NCBI GenBank assembly: GCA_040954595.2
Contig: CM082576.2
Coordinates: 15,733,028-15,797,027 of the forward strand
DNA: 64,000 nucleotides
Direction: 5' to 3'
Source: Balanoglossus misakiensis
Taxonomy: Eukaryota > Animalia > Hemichordata
Both the position numbers and the translations under genes were made by a program. The notes below the pieces were generated by a model. The model did no database searches, had not been told where the DNA came from, and saw nothing but the letters and a program-made list of their open reading frames with translations. Position 1 is the stretch's first letter, and every line of letters starts with the position of its first letter. Shown here in pieces: positions 1 through 11,910 of this stretch.

Positions 1-461
1 TCTTGATGCCAAAATTATGCCAGATTTTGATCTAATTATCCACGCATATCAAGTGAGTATCAAAGTCTCTATAACCAGTTTTCATGCTTTTCCATGATCT
101 TTTTCACATTACCGGCGAGAAATGCACATATACGAACACCCGAACGCCCACTCATTTATATTGAGCTTTGCTCAGTCACATTTTGCTTAAAATAATCAAA
201 TAATTTCCGAGCTCAGAATAACCCGTGTGCCATATGTCAGCCATACAAAAACCAGAAAGATTGGTTAGCTTTTGTTTCATAACAATTGCAAAATTTGTAA
301 ATAAGTTGTTCTGGTAAGTCGGCCATGTTTTACCACATGCAAAAAGTTGCATATACATGTAGGAACACTTCGAAGGATTTACACTGCGACAAGACCATTC
401 CTTATATGTCAAACATAGCAATACACCCTGTTCCACTGTATACAAAAGTTAGTGTGTATAG

Positions 462-1971
462 GTGAACATCACTGAAACCGTAGACCGGAGTGTCTTCTTT
501 GCTGCCGTTCGTATCAGAACTTACGCGCCGGTATTGTGGAAAAGATAATATTAGATAGAAAGGCGATGACACTCATTATAAAAAAATCTTAATATCAAAT
601 GTGTTAATATATAGTGGAAAGTTTGCTTTTTGTCTCATAGAATGCAGACATACGGGCATTCGGAATACATATCCACGTAATCGATATAGATGACTGGCCA
701 CCATATTACAACAAGACCTGTGCAACACCGGTTAGGAAAGAGGTGAGAAATTATTTTATGTTGACACACCTATAGAAAAATTTAAAATACATTATAGACG
801 CCGTGTTATGTTCCCCTATGTTGTAGCATGCGATATTTCTATCACGCGATAACTTCAACAATTAAGCATAAGGCATTTCATCAAAACAGTCATGTATGAT
901 ATCCAGAAACTGACTTACGACCTAACTGGTCAAATGTGTAAGAGATGATAAATGTAATTAAATGAGGCCACAAATTTCAAAACTGTGTTTCCGGTAACAC
1001 GCCCGCCAGAAATAGTACAGGCGGCTAGGAAACATTTTAGTTTTCAATTATGCTTTGGACCCGGTGCTCATATTGGACTGTACAATGTAATGGTTATCTC
1101 GCTTGTATTCACGTTTCACTAAATCTCGGGGGAATTTCTCAGAATTGGATAAGAAAATGGGGTCGGGGTAGGACAAGGTAACAAGAAAATACTTTTTTTC
1201 TTGGCCTGAACTTAATGTTGTTCAGTCAACAGATCATAGTCAACAAGAGCTAGTCACTAAATTGGATTATTCAGAGAAATAGTAGCATATGTGTGCCTGA
1301 ATGTCAAATTAATATCTTCACTTTCAGTCATTTTAGACAGTAAAATTATAAATACAACCTGCAAATGTCTACATAAAAGTAAATTGCATAGAAACGAATA
1401 ACAAATTAATCTTTTATTGCAAATTTCTTCAGCAAAGTACATGGCCTTGGTTAGGAAAAGTCTTATTAGACGGTAAACCTATTTATGAGGGTTTGGACAA
1501 GACGTTCACATATATGGATGTTGGAGTGGTAGTTGATGCCAACAATTCAATATGTAAGTTGGTTAATATTATCGTATTTACAGTGCCTATATTACCTATA
1601 TGCGCTATTGTTCCAACAGGGAATATGTTTGGTCAATATCGAGTGGTATTCGAGTGATGTGGTCATATTTGACGAATCCCTATAGAATTAAAATTTACAA
1701 CTAATTGGAAGTGTTCATCAAGTATGAATGTGTACTTTATGCAAGTGTATACATGCATATGGATTTGAAACGGTATATTGTCTGAAAACATGTCTTATTA
1801 CACGTTAAAATAATATTTCAGGCAAAGGTTCATTAAACACGCACACACTTCAGCAGATTATTGGCCTGTGTACCGAATTCGTCCATACATACGTACGTAC
1901 GTACGTACGTACGTACATACATACATACATACATACATACATAAATACATACATACATACATACATACACA

Positions 1972-2025
<54 letters not shown>

Positions 2026-5000
2026 TACATACATACATACATACATACATACATACATACATACATACATACATACATACATACATACATACATACATAC
2101 ATACATACATACATACATACATACATACATACATACATACATACATACATACATACATACTATACTATACTAATGAGATATACGCGTGTACATGGACATG
2201 TTTCAACAAAACGAGGTAAATTATACTTTCACATTCATGGTATTGCAAGTAAAATTTATTCACGTTTGTTCGCTGCAGATTACATAAACACACATACATG
2301 GTTTATCTCGAGTTTTGCTCATCTTTCTATTAGGTAACTTGGATGTATACTTTCCCGTACACGACTCTAAACAGACCGTAATATGGGGAAATTTAGAGTA
2401 TACATTAAACGACTTGGCACTCATAGTACAACCTATTGATTGGCAAGACTATCGGGAAGTAGTTACGTTGAACGGGCGTGGTGGAAATTCGACCCACTTT
2501 GATGTACAGCTTTTCAAGGTACATGAACCGAACGACTGCAAGTTTAGTCTCGGTTACCCAGACGCCTTTGCTTCTTCCGATGCTCTCCAGAAAAGGGTCT
2601 GGGGAAATGCTATTGAAAGCTTTGTAAAACAAAATGGCCGATGTCAGGATTTTGATCATCGCCTGATTGGCTGAGCTGTCAGTATGACCCGGGTCACTGC
2701 AATCGTCTACCAAAGATATTTCATATAATTTCTCCAACAATGCTAACAGAGGACGCCTTTTGCCTTTCGCATCAACCAACAAGTACCGGTCTCTTGATAT
2801 GAAGAGACGACAAATAATCACACAAATAATCACACATTGTCGAGAGTCAGTGACCCGGGTCATACTGACAGCTCAGCCAATCAGGCGATGATCAAAATCC
2901 TGACATCGGCCATTTTGTTTTACAAAGCTTTCAATAGCATTTCCCCAGACCCTTTTCTGGAGAGCATCGGAGAAGCAAAGGCGTCTGGGTAACCGAGACT
3001 ACTGCAAGTTGGGTGTTTCAAATGTGTGCGCGCTTGGTTTCCTTTACTTGATTAAGATATATTTACTCCAAAACGGGCGATCAGAAGTCCACTAAGTATT
3101 CATGAACACAAATTGTGTATGCTCTCAAAAGCATGTCTCGGAAACTTTTCAAACTTTCTTATATTAATCCCAATTACGGAAACTTAAAGAGGGTAACGCA
3201 TGAGAAAACCTATCTTTGAAACTGTAATTGGTGATGGTGAAACCTTAACATTTGTGAAATGCTGTACTATAGACAGATGGTGTGTACATAATAAAATGCA
3301 GAGTCAAGTTTTCAGTTGTTGGTCCGATACTTTGCACTTAGTCGCGTACATTTATTGGAGACATATCGATTTGTACTCATTAGGCACAAAACACTGTTTT
3401 CACGACACTATAGATTTAAGGGCGATTTAAAACATTGAATCTGTTCCCTGATATTTTTTTTTATAGAAGAACGAGGGAAAAGCAATACACAACAGTTTTA
3501 TAAAGGAAATAATAAGGCACGTCCCAGTAAGCCGCGTTGTGAGGATTACAGGTGAAATGTTTAGCGCAAAGTTGACCAACACATTCAGTGTACGTCCAGC
3601 GTTTAATAAAGCGCCTTATAATCAGCTTTTGGATTATGGAGTGGTTGATCTCATATACATAGGTACGTTTGCCCCCTTTTCCAACCAGCATGTTATGTAC
3701 ACGTATTTGTATTAACATCTGTCGCGTATGGTGCCATTAGAATACCTACAGGATATCCTGGTTAGAATGTTCAGCATTTTCACGAATTGTCAAATATCAC
3801 TCTTTTCAAACTGATGTTACATGTATCAAACAGCGTGATAATTCTGCTTTATACACGTTGTGTTTCTACATAGGTTGTCCTGTCGGGAAATACGGAGGTG
3901 TCTGCCAATATGACTGCCAATGTGAAAATGGTGCAACCTGCCATGCGTGGAACGGTGCTTGTCATTGTGCTGATGGGTGGCGTGGACCAACCTGTGATAT
4001 ACGTAGGTTTATATGATCCAAACATATGAAATAAATACATGTTCGTACACAATACGAGTACGTACATATGGGTATTTGTGAATTCAATTGACCGTGTTAA
4101 AATTTGTACCTCAACCACGCTCATGTTTCTACATATAAGAGAAATTCCTTTTACGAATTAAATTTTGGAGAGTTACGAATTGTGATATTATGAAAGTCAA
4201 CATTTGTAACGCGTTTGCATTAATGTAATATTAACTTTGATGTGGCCAAAATGAATAAAACGATGCGTGTTTTCTAATAAAATCTTCAGAAATAGGGTGG
4301 GCAACAAAGTTTTGGATCCGGATGTTAAAACTGCATGTATAGATAAGGTCGGTTCACCGGAAACATGCACATTTTATTCGCCAAAAGAGGTTCCGTCCAC
4401 CCTTGCACGTTTTAACACTCACATAATTATTTCCAGCTATGGAGCCATCAGCAACACTGGGTTTTCCAAGCCACAAAGTGAAGTACTTTCAGTCCATTCG
4501 ATTAACATGTCACTTTGTAAACATTGCTCGTGAATCCGTAATCTTTGAGAAAGATGGGAAAAATGTGACGGATGAGTTTACGTCGGTGTTCATCGATTAT
4601 CCAATAGACGGGTAAGTTTCTCAGTTCTGGGCTCAACTGCAAATGTCCAATTTAATAGTGTGTGACATACTTGGAAGTAAATTTGCATCAATTAAATGTC
4701 GTTAAATCAAGGTGGGGATTAGGCGATTTTTTTTCACTTCTTGCAAACTGAATCTGTACGAAATCTTAGGTCGAATTCACGAACTACACCTTTCTCATTA
4801 TTCTGTACGTTTATTTGTGTACGATAATTTAACTTGTTTTATTCAATGTAGCATCGCTAACTTAATAATTAATAACCTGACCGAAGCATACGAGGGAACT
4901 TACAGATGCAAAGTATTCAGCAAAGATGTCAAATCATTCGCAATTTCAAATCCAGCAGATGTATCAATTACAGGTATTAAACATTAACCTTAAATGGTGG

Positions 5001-5030
5001 TGGTGGTGGTGGTGGTGGTGGTGGTGGCGG

Positions 5031-5098
<68 letters not shown>

Positions 5099-8000
5099 GT
5101 TTCTCAAGCATGAACACAAATTTGATCTAATTAATTTACGCAGAACACCACAGTTCAGGTGAAGTCCAGCGGGGAAAATCCAAAGATATAACCAATAGTC
5201 GTTAACTTGAATTTCCAGGATGTACAGACGACAGATGGGGAAAACATTGTGAACATCAATGTGGTTGTATCAGATATACAAATTGCAGCCGATACTATGG
5301 ATGTATATGTGAAGACGGTTGGGCAGGAGCGCAATGCGACCAAGGTATGTGCATTTTAAATATGAGAAAGGCTGGTTTGATTTGAGAACATTTAAGTGTT
5401 TTTATTCATTTCTCTTTCCCCCTAAACTTTATCTCTCGACATTACTTTCCACAGATATCGAGGAACCCGTCATCCAATGTCCGCCAAATATCACAAGTTC
5501 CGTTAGCGATTCATCTAGTGAAGCAAACATCAGTTGGCCTACAGCAAGAAGCACTGACAACGATGGCCAGCCAATGATTACCTCCAACTTTCAACCCGGG
5601 GATTTGTTTGTGGTTGGTACAACAGTCGTCATATACCGAGCAACCGACGCAAGTAAAAATACGGCTTCTTGCAGTTTTACAGTAACAGTAAACTGTGAGT
5701 ACTGTAAATGAAGGATTCAACACACATGAGCTTTATAATTGACATATTTCCAATTTGTAGGAATTTCCAGAATGCATATACATGTAAGACGTGTAGTAAT
5801 CTGTCCTTATAATCTATGTCTCTACCCCTGTCTATTTTATTTTATGCAGCTCCAGTGAACCAAACGAAATTAATGATCATGGTGATCTCAGGTGTCACTG
5901 TACTTGTGGTCATTTCGTTTGGGGTCATTCCATTAGCAATAACTCATTGGGTAAATCTTCGAAAACGGAAAGCATTATATCAGCGTTTACTGGAAAAAGA
6001 AATGCCAGTTACCATACCAGTAAGTCACAGTTAATTTTGCCGTCCAATTTCTGATAGCTTTCGCGTTTTTGTTATAATGCGTGCCGTCTGCATTCAGCGA
6101 TGAAAGCGACGGGGTTGCCTCTTCAGTTATCTTTTCTTGTGACCTATAAGAAGAAAAATGACGAGAACTTTGGTACTAATTGTGAATAGTTCATATAATC
6201 ATTTGCTATGATTATAACCGAGAACGTCTTGTTAAAAAGAGCTAACAGTTTGATATTCACTTGGTCTTTTGGAGCGTCAATTCTTATCAAAGGGACGGAT
6301 CTGTTTGCATTTTCACAGGATGGAGTAAAGGTCTTCGAGAAGTCGCAACTCGAAGTTGGTGATGTGATTGGAGAAGGAGAATTTTCTGTAGTCTACTTTG
6401 GCACCATACAGTTTGATGGTGAAAAACGTAATACTGCAGTAAAAGTACTGAAAGGTATAGGTTCACATAAAATGAAACAACATCCTTCTTTCTTTATGGA
6501 ATAGCGTTTAAACTGCACATATGCGACATTAGCATTATTTCCAATGTTCAGGTCCAATGTTCAGGTCCAATGTTCAGGGAGACCCTGCTAATCAATACAC
6601 GTTATATAAAGATACATTAGAAATGCGATAAAAAGTAAGACGAATTGTTTGCTATGATGTGCACTGTAGTACAAGTAACAACTATATTGTTACAATGATG
6701 AATATTGTACTAGTTAGAGGCCTTTACCCGCAGAGTAAAATGCTCAATTTATATAGTGAAAATTCCTGTAGATAACTGTTAAGATTACACCTTATCCATA
6801 GTATTTAAAGTGTACCATGTTTTCTTCTTTGTCAGACGAAATAGAATACAACAATGCTTATCAACACGAAATCAGTACTCTGAGTGCATTAAATGGATGT
6901 CCTCACATCGTGCAATTGTTTGGCGTAGTCATGGATACAGGTGGGAGAAATCTTTATCAATTGAGACAGTATTGTAGATTGACAATACAGTCTAGCGCAC
7001 CACATCCTAATTATCAAATGGTTGGCTTTTTATCCTATACATGTAGGCCTATATTCACGCTGAAATATGACGCCACGTTTTAATATTAGGTAAACTTGCA
7101 AATACCAAAGGCGGTGTATTAGTACAGCAGAATACTCCACACCAAGAGTAAAAATAACTTCTGTGCTGTACAGAAAGTGCGCAGTGGTCATGCAGTTATG
7201 TTATTATTGCACACGTTCCTTTAGATTTGGCGAAAATTGAAGTTTCGATCGTGGCGTCTTGATTTGCAGTCATGTACAGTGACGCGGCAATGTGACGCAA
7301 TCAGATTATGAAGCATGTGATATGCAAAGAAAGGTCATAGTGGGTCAGTTAATCAGGGGTTTGGCGTAAGGCACTGCGTGGGCGAGTTCGGATCATTCAG
7401 CAGTATTCGAAAACACCGAAGAGAGTGATTTTCATACATTTGATGTTTCTAAATATACTTACGACTAAAATTGTATCCTAATGATAATTTGATTTATAAG
7501 GATAATAATATGACGAGCCAATCGTAATGCTCAGTTTTAGCGTTCATGGCTTCCAATGTTTACAAGCAGAAAGTAGTTCCCTGCTCGTCATATTTGCATA
7601 TTGTACCGAACTCACTGTAATGACCGGTGACTAGTTTACAACATACTAGCTGGCTAAAGAAAATTGTTACAATGTAATACATGTGATCTGTAAATGCGAT
7701 TTTTATTTTGTCAAGAGTGTTGGCAAAGGGCATTTCAAGTGGAGTGGAGTTTTAACACGCTTTCGACTGGAACTATTTTATCCGTTCACTTATCATAATA
7801 TGCTCATGCTCACCTCCACCTAGTGTGACGTTTAACGTGAATATCACCACGTTTAGTGTGAAATATCACCGGTGATATTTCACGCGAAACGTCATCAGTT
7901 TTTGTGCTGACTCCCGCTTAACGAAAATGGGCTTTTAATGTAAACAAACGTAACCCGAGTTATTGCAATGGTTTTCACAAAACCGGCTTTTATCTACACA

Positions 8001-9864
8001 GTTAAAAGGAGCATTGTCACAGAACTGATGGCTAACGACATGCATTCTCTCCTGAAGTGTCTTCAGCAAAGGAGCGACTATTCCAATGCCACCGGAAAGC
8101 GTCTCCTAAAATTTTGTCTGCACGTCGCAAGAGCCCTTCAGTATATGGAAACAATGAAGGTACATGTTATTATGAACTGTAGGCTCGTTTTTAATTGATA
8201 GAAAATTTAACTACGCAGTAAATTGTTCTTGCATTAATAACCATAAATACATGTACATCTGCATATGAAGTGTCTGCGGATAGGCATAAAATGAGATTTG
8301 GTACTAGATACATGTAAAACATGACATTCGCCGAGAGATTTAATCCGATGATCTTTGTAAAAATTTCTCAATTATAGGTAGTACATCGTGACATTGCTGC
8401 ACGTAACGTTTTGATATCTCTTGAGGACACAGCCAAAATTGGTGACTTTGGGTTGGCCAGAGACGTGTACCAGAATTTGGTTTATCATAGACATCCATCA
8501 AAGGTCAGTGATTCAATTAACTCATTGACGTTATCTTCGACAGATATGAGACATTCCAATTTGTAAATATATAGTTCTTCTATATGACTATCAACAGCTC
8601 TCCCACTATGCAATAACATCATATATTCTAATCTTTCATTTATTCACTCGCCGTATAGTATGGTTGTAAAGTGCCCGTGCGTTGGATGGCACCGGAATCA
8701 TTGACAGACAGCGTGTATTCCTCCCGAAGTGACATGTAAGTTGATATATTTCAACTGCTATAACATGTAATCCAATAGTTATAGTGTTGCATATGTTTAA
8801 GTCGATTTCTTTCTTGATAGTACATTGCTATTCATTTTAGTATATTGCTTGATTTTAACTATAGGTGGTCTTACGGAGTATTCCTTTGGGAAACTGCAAC
8901 CCTAGGTAATGTAACCTTCAAATCAAACGTTTGCCACAAACTTCCATTTGTTGTGTTCACACTTACTTTAAATTACATGAAAGAAACAAAACAGGGTCAT
9001 AATTAAAGGCGTCTTATTCATTGCCTTACCTCACCAGGTAATGCCAATGCTCCTTACCTTGTCACTACATTTGCGTCTTGTCAGTCTGTTACTTGGACTG
9101 CCAAATCGACTTGGAACTATTCCGAACATTAGAATAATAACAACTTTTTTTCTGGTGACAAGTTTTTCACCACATATGTATTAAGGACTCATGAATTTTT
9201 ATTTTAAGAATATGGCCATACCGAAGGCACCAGGCTTGAGCAAATAGTTTCATTTACATCATCCTCACCTATAATTTCTCCGTGCTGTACTGTTCAGGAG
9301 GTATGCCTTACGATGACATTGGTGTCGGCGAACTGGCTGATAGATTACAAAATGGCTACCGTTTGCAGACCCCACGACGCTGCTGTGAAGGTTTCTACTG
9401 TTTAATGAGACGATGTTGGAAGATTGAGCCGGCAGACCGAATCACGGCAACCATGGCCGTCGAGTCCTTGGTTATGTTCACAGATGATGAAAAGGTAGGT
9501 CTATGAATTTCTCAGCTTGTAGTATGTTTTAATCATTACTGTGGCAGAAAAAAATACTTCGAGACCGTCTCCCAAGTACATTGGAAAAACGAGTAGATGA
9601 TGTATAACCCTCAAATTGTAGAACTAGTGTACTGTGAGATTGAGATTATTTTTTGTGCAGTGATCACCGAACGCGTGTCATTCCAACGCCAGAATAGTTT
9701 TGTAAGGGTGCCTGGTTTATATTTGTGAGCAAGCTACCATTGTATACGTATTCTTGTTCGTACAATTCATCGAATCACAGATGTCAATCCCTTTGTGCTT
9801 ATATCGATCATCAAGCCCTCTTCATTTTTCTATCTTTCAGGAAATATTTGAAGTCACTAAGTGA
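462..9864 (+). CDS. Receptor tyrosine kinase (Tie/RET-like mosaic: cadherin-like motif, EGF, Ig, EGF, HYR, TM, TyrK); multi-exon, 5' end probably upstream of the window
   Basis: Phase-consistent GT/AG exons: 462-530, 641-742 (..[12 protein letters not shown]), 1433-1553, 2334-2518, 3467-3551, 3874-4002 ([43 protein letters not shown]), ~4437-4611 and ~4852-4973 (Ig ..LTC..EGTYRC), 5219-5344 (EGF), 5455-5694 ([21 protein letters not shown]), 5850-6019 (TM + RKRK), 6319-6454 (GEGEFS..AVK), 6836-6940, 8002-8159, 8378-8503 ([15 protein letters not shown]), 8659-8735 ([10 protein letters not shown]), 8865-8905 (WSYGV), 9298-9494, 9841-9864 (EIFEVTK*). Exons before 3874 are less certain. Confidence 0.9.
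966..1206. mobile_element. Degenerate non-autonomous DNA transposon (PIF/Harbinger-like MITE) in an RTK intron
   Basis: Ends GGCCA...TGGCC, flanked by 3-bp TGA (963-965, 1207-1209); subterminal inverted similarity is degraded. Confidence 0.45.
1885..2161. repeat. Compound microsatellite (TACG)n/(TACA)n/(CA)n
   Basis: Directly visible tandem repeat. Confidence 0.98.
2545..3001. mobile_element. MITE with ~155-bp TIRs and 9-bp TSD (Academ/AcademH-like termini)
   Basis: TAGTCTCGGTTACCCAGACGCC.. (2545-2699) is the reverse complement of 2848-3001 apart from a 1-bp indel; CTGCAAGTT is duplicated at 2536-2544 and 3002-3010. Confidence 0.92.
4995..5097. repeat. Microsatellite (TGG)n(TGA)n, intronic
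   Basis: Directly visible. Confidence 0.97.
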
Positions 9865-10153
9865 AGAGTTCACCTTTGTTGAAATGAATGACAAGAAAGC
9901 AAATTGTGCACCTTGTTACCAACACTTACGTTAACTTCGACACTAAAACCGCATCGTTTTCGAGGGAAATGACGCAAGGATTGGCGCATCGCCCGTACAC
10001 AGCCAGACCGCTCTGCGTTTCAGATCAAAGCTAGCGTGATTGGGGAGGTGCATGGGCACTAACATGTTTTGTTCAGACTCTCGCCTAGGGTTTGAGCCCA
10101 ATATATTTGATCATAAAGTCGTAGCTGTAGTCAGCAGACATCACTAGTTCATA

Positions 10154-10325
10154 TTCATTCATTAATTCATTAATTCATTAATTCATTCATTCATTCATTC
10201 ATTCATTCATTCATTCATTCATTCATTCATTCATTCATTCATTCATTCATTCATTCATTCATTCATTCATTCATTCATTCATTCATCCATCCATCCATCC
10301 ATTCATTCACCCACCCATTCATTCA
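10154..10325. repeat. Microsatellite (ATTC)n/(ATCC)n
   Basis: Directly visible. Confidence 0.97.
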
Positions 10326-10932
10326 AAACTGCTTTCACAAACAGTATAAATTTCGGCTTTTTCCAAAATAATTGTTCACGTGAGTGGACACAGACTGAAT
10401 TAATTAAACGACTCGTTGATTTGAAAAGTACAACAGAGTTTATTGGTATACTTGAGAGTTCAAAAATGTATAATTGTGTACGAGATAGTGTACGGCATTT
10501 AACTTCGCCGAAATTAGTGTATCTCGGGCTAGTATGTTAATTGATTACTCTGAGTTCATATCGATTTCATTTTTTTCTTCGTCGGAGTTTAACATCATAT
10601 ATGCGAACTTCAAATGATGAATGTGCGCGACCGTTTTACCCTGAACAGCATCTATTAACAATGTACATGTATAACGAATCTATTTTTTTTTTCATTTATC
10701 GTAATCACTTGTTATCATAATCACTTGTTTTAGTGTATTCTTTGAAACAACTATTTGTTCTCAGTTTCTGAAAATAAAAGTTGTTTTGGAAAGAAATGTA
10801 TTATTGGCATGTTACGATGACTACAAGCATTAAAACTCGTGTCATTGCGTCAGTGAAATTGATTCGCTGGTTACTTCCTTTCTTGTAAAGGCAATGCACT
10901 TTTTTCATAAGTCTAGCGCCCTCTGGCAGTCA

Positions 10933-11910
10933 TCACGAATTTGAACTCAAAGCGAGGCCAATGGGGAAATCCCCTTTATGCGATTCGTCAACTGTCACTA
11001 TTGGCCTCGCTTTGATTTCAAATTCATCACGCCTGTGTCGGCCGTAAGTCGTTTCCAAGGTGACCATCTGGGCCATGCTGCACCCCATCGCCCATATGTC
11101 CTTAGCCGCCGTGCATGGTGGGACCTCAGCCCTGAAAGCCTCGGGTGGGTCGTACATCACTGTCCCCGCTCCGTCAAACCGCGGGTAATTTAACGACAAT
11201 ATCTGTTGTATTTTGGGTAATTTAACGACAATATCTGTTGTATTTTGGGTAATTTAACGACAATATCTATTGTATTTCTAAAATGGATTAAGTACATTAC
11301 ATGCATGGTGTTTAATAACATGTGGCAACATGATGTAAGTGCTCAGTTGACAACTGAAATAGTGTTTAAATTCTGGGTACTATTAATTTAAACACAAAAT
11401 TTTCAGGTAGATTTAAAATAATTATTATACTAAATGTATAACATGACTGATGTTTAAAACTTGTGCTAAGCCTAACGTGTCATACATGCCGAGCCAATTT
11501 GCAACTGACTTCGCATTATGCTTCTTGGTAACTTAAAAACAAAATTGTCAATTTTTATACTGGCTAGTCCAGTATAAAAATTACCTCGCACATGTACATT
11601 TCAGGTAGATTTAAAATAATTATTATACTAAATGTATTACATGACTGATGTTTAAAACTTGTGCTAAGCCTAACGTGTCATACATGCCGAGCCAATTTGC
11701 AACTGACTTCGCATTATGCTTCTTGGTAATTTAAAAACAAAATTGTCAATTTTTATACTGGCTAGTCCAGTATAAAAATTACCTCGCACATGTACATATG
11801 AGAACGAATGTATATACCTATTTACCTTTCCTCAATTCTTTTGCCTGTAAAAGCGGCATAACCAAATTATCATCCCGTTTTACTTGATCAATAACTAATC
11901 CATATTGACT
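10933..11910 (-). pseudogene. Ser/Thr protein kinase remnant
   Basis: 10933-11185 encodes GAGTVMYDPPEAF..DIWAMGC (subdomains VIII-IX) but has no clear AG acceptor. A candidate exon at ~11826-11910 (SQYGLVID..LVMPLLQ) resembles subdomains IV-V. No HRD/DFG exon is found between them. Confidence 0.6.
11401..11797. repeat. 198-bp near-identical tandem duplication, preceded by a ~32-bp x3 repeat at ~11183-11277
   Basis: TTTCAGGTAGATTTAAAATAATT...CATGTACAT starts at 11401 and again at 11599; each copy contains the hairpin AATTTTTATACTGG-CTAGT-CCAGTATAAAAATT. Confidence 0.95.

Noticed and set aside
1833-2173. ORFs of MYVC/HTYI repeats (also 21012-21340, 28278-28685, 52545-53365, 63148-63559)
   Set aside because: Translations of stop-free microsatellites.
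2405-2863. 152-aa minus-strand ORF
   Set aside because: Runs across the MITE and antisense to an RTK exon; no recognisable domain.
6540-6578. 13-bp unit TCCAATGTTCAGG x3
   Set aside because: Simple intronic slippage duplication with no spacers.
7134-7751. Possible element with 11-bp TIR ACTCCACWCCA
   Set aside because: Too short, and no convincing TSD.
11183-11277. ~32-bp direct repeats of CRISPR-like length
   Set aside because: Head-to-tail with no unique spacers, no cas genes, eukaryotic context.
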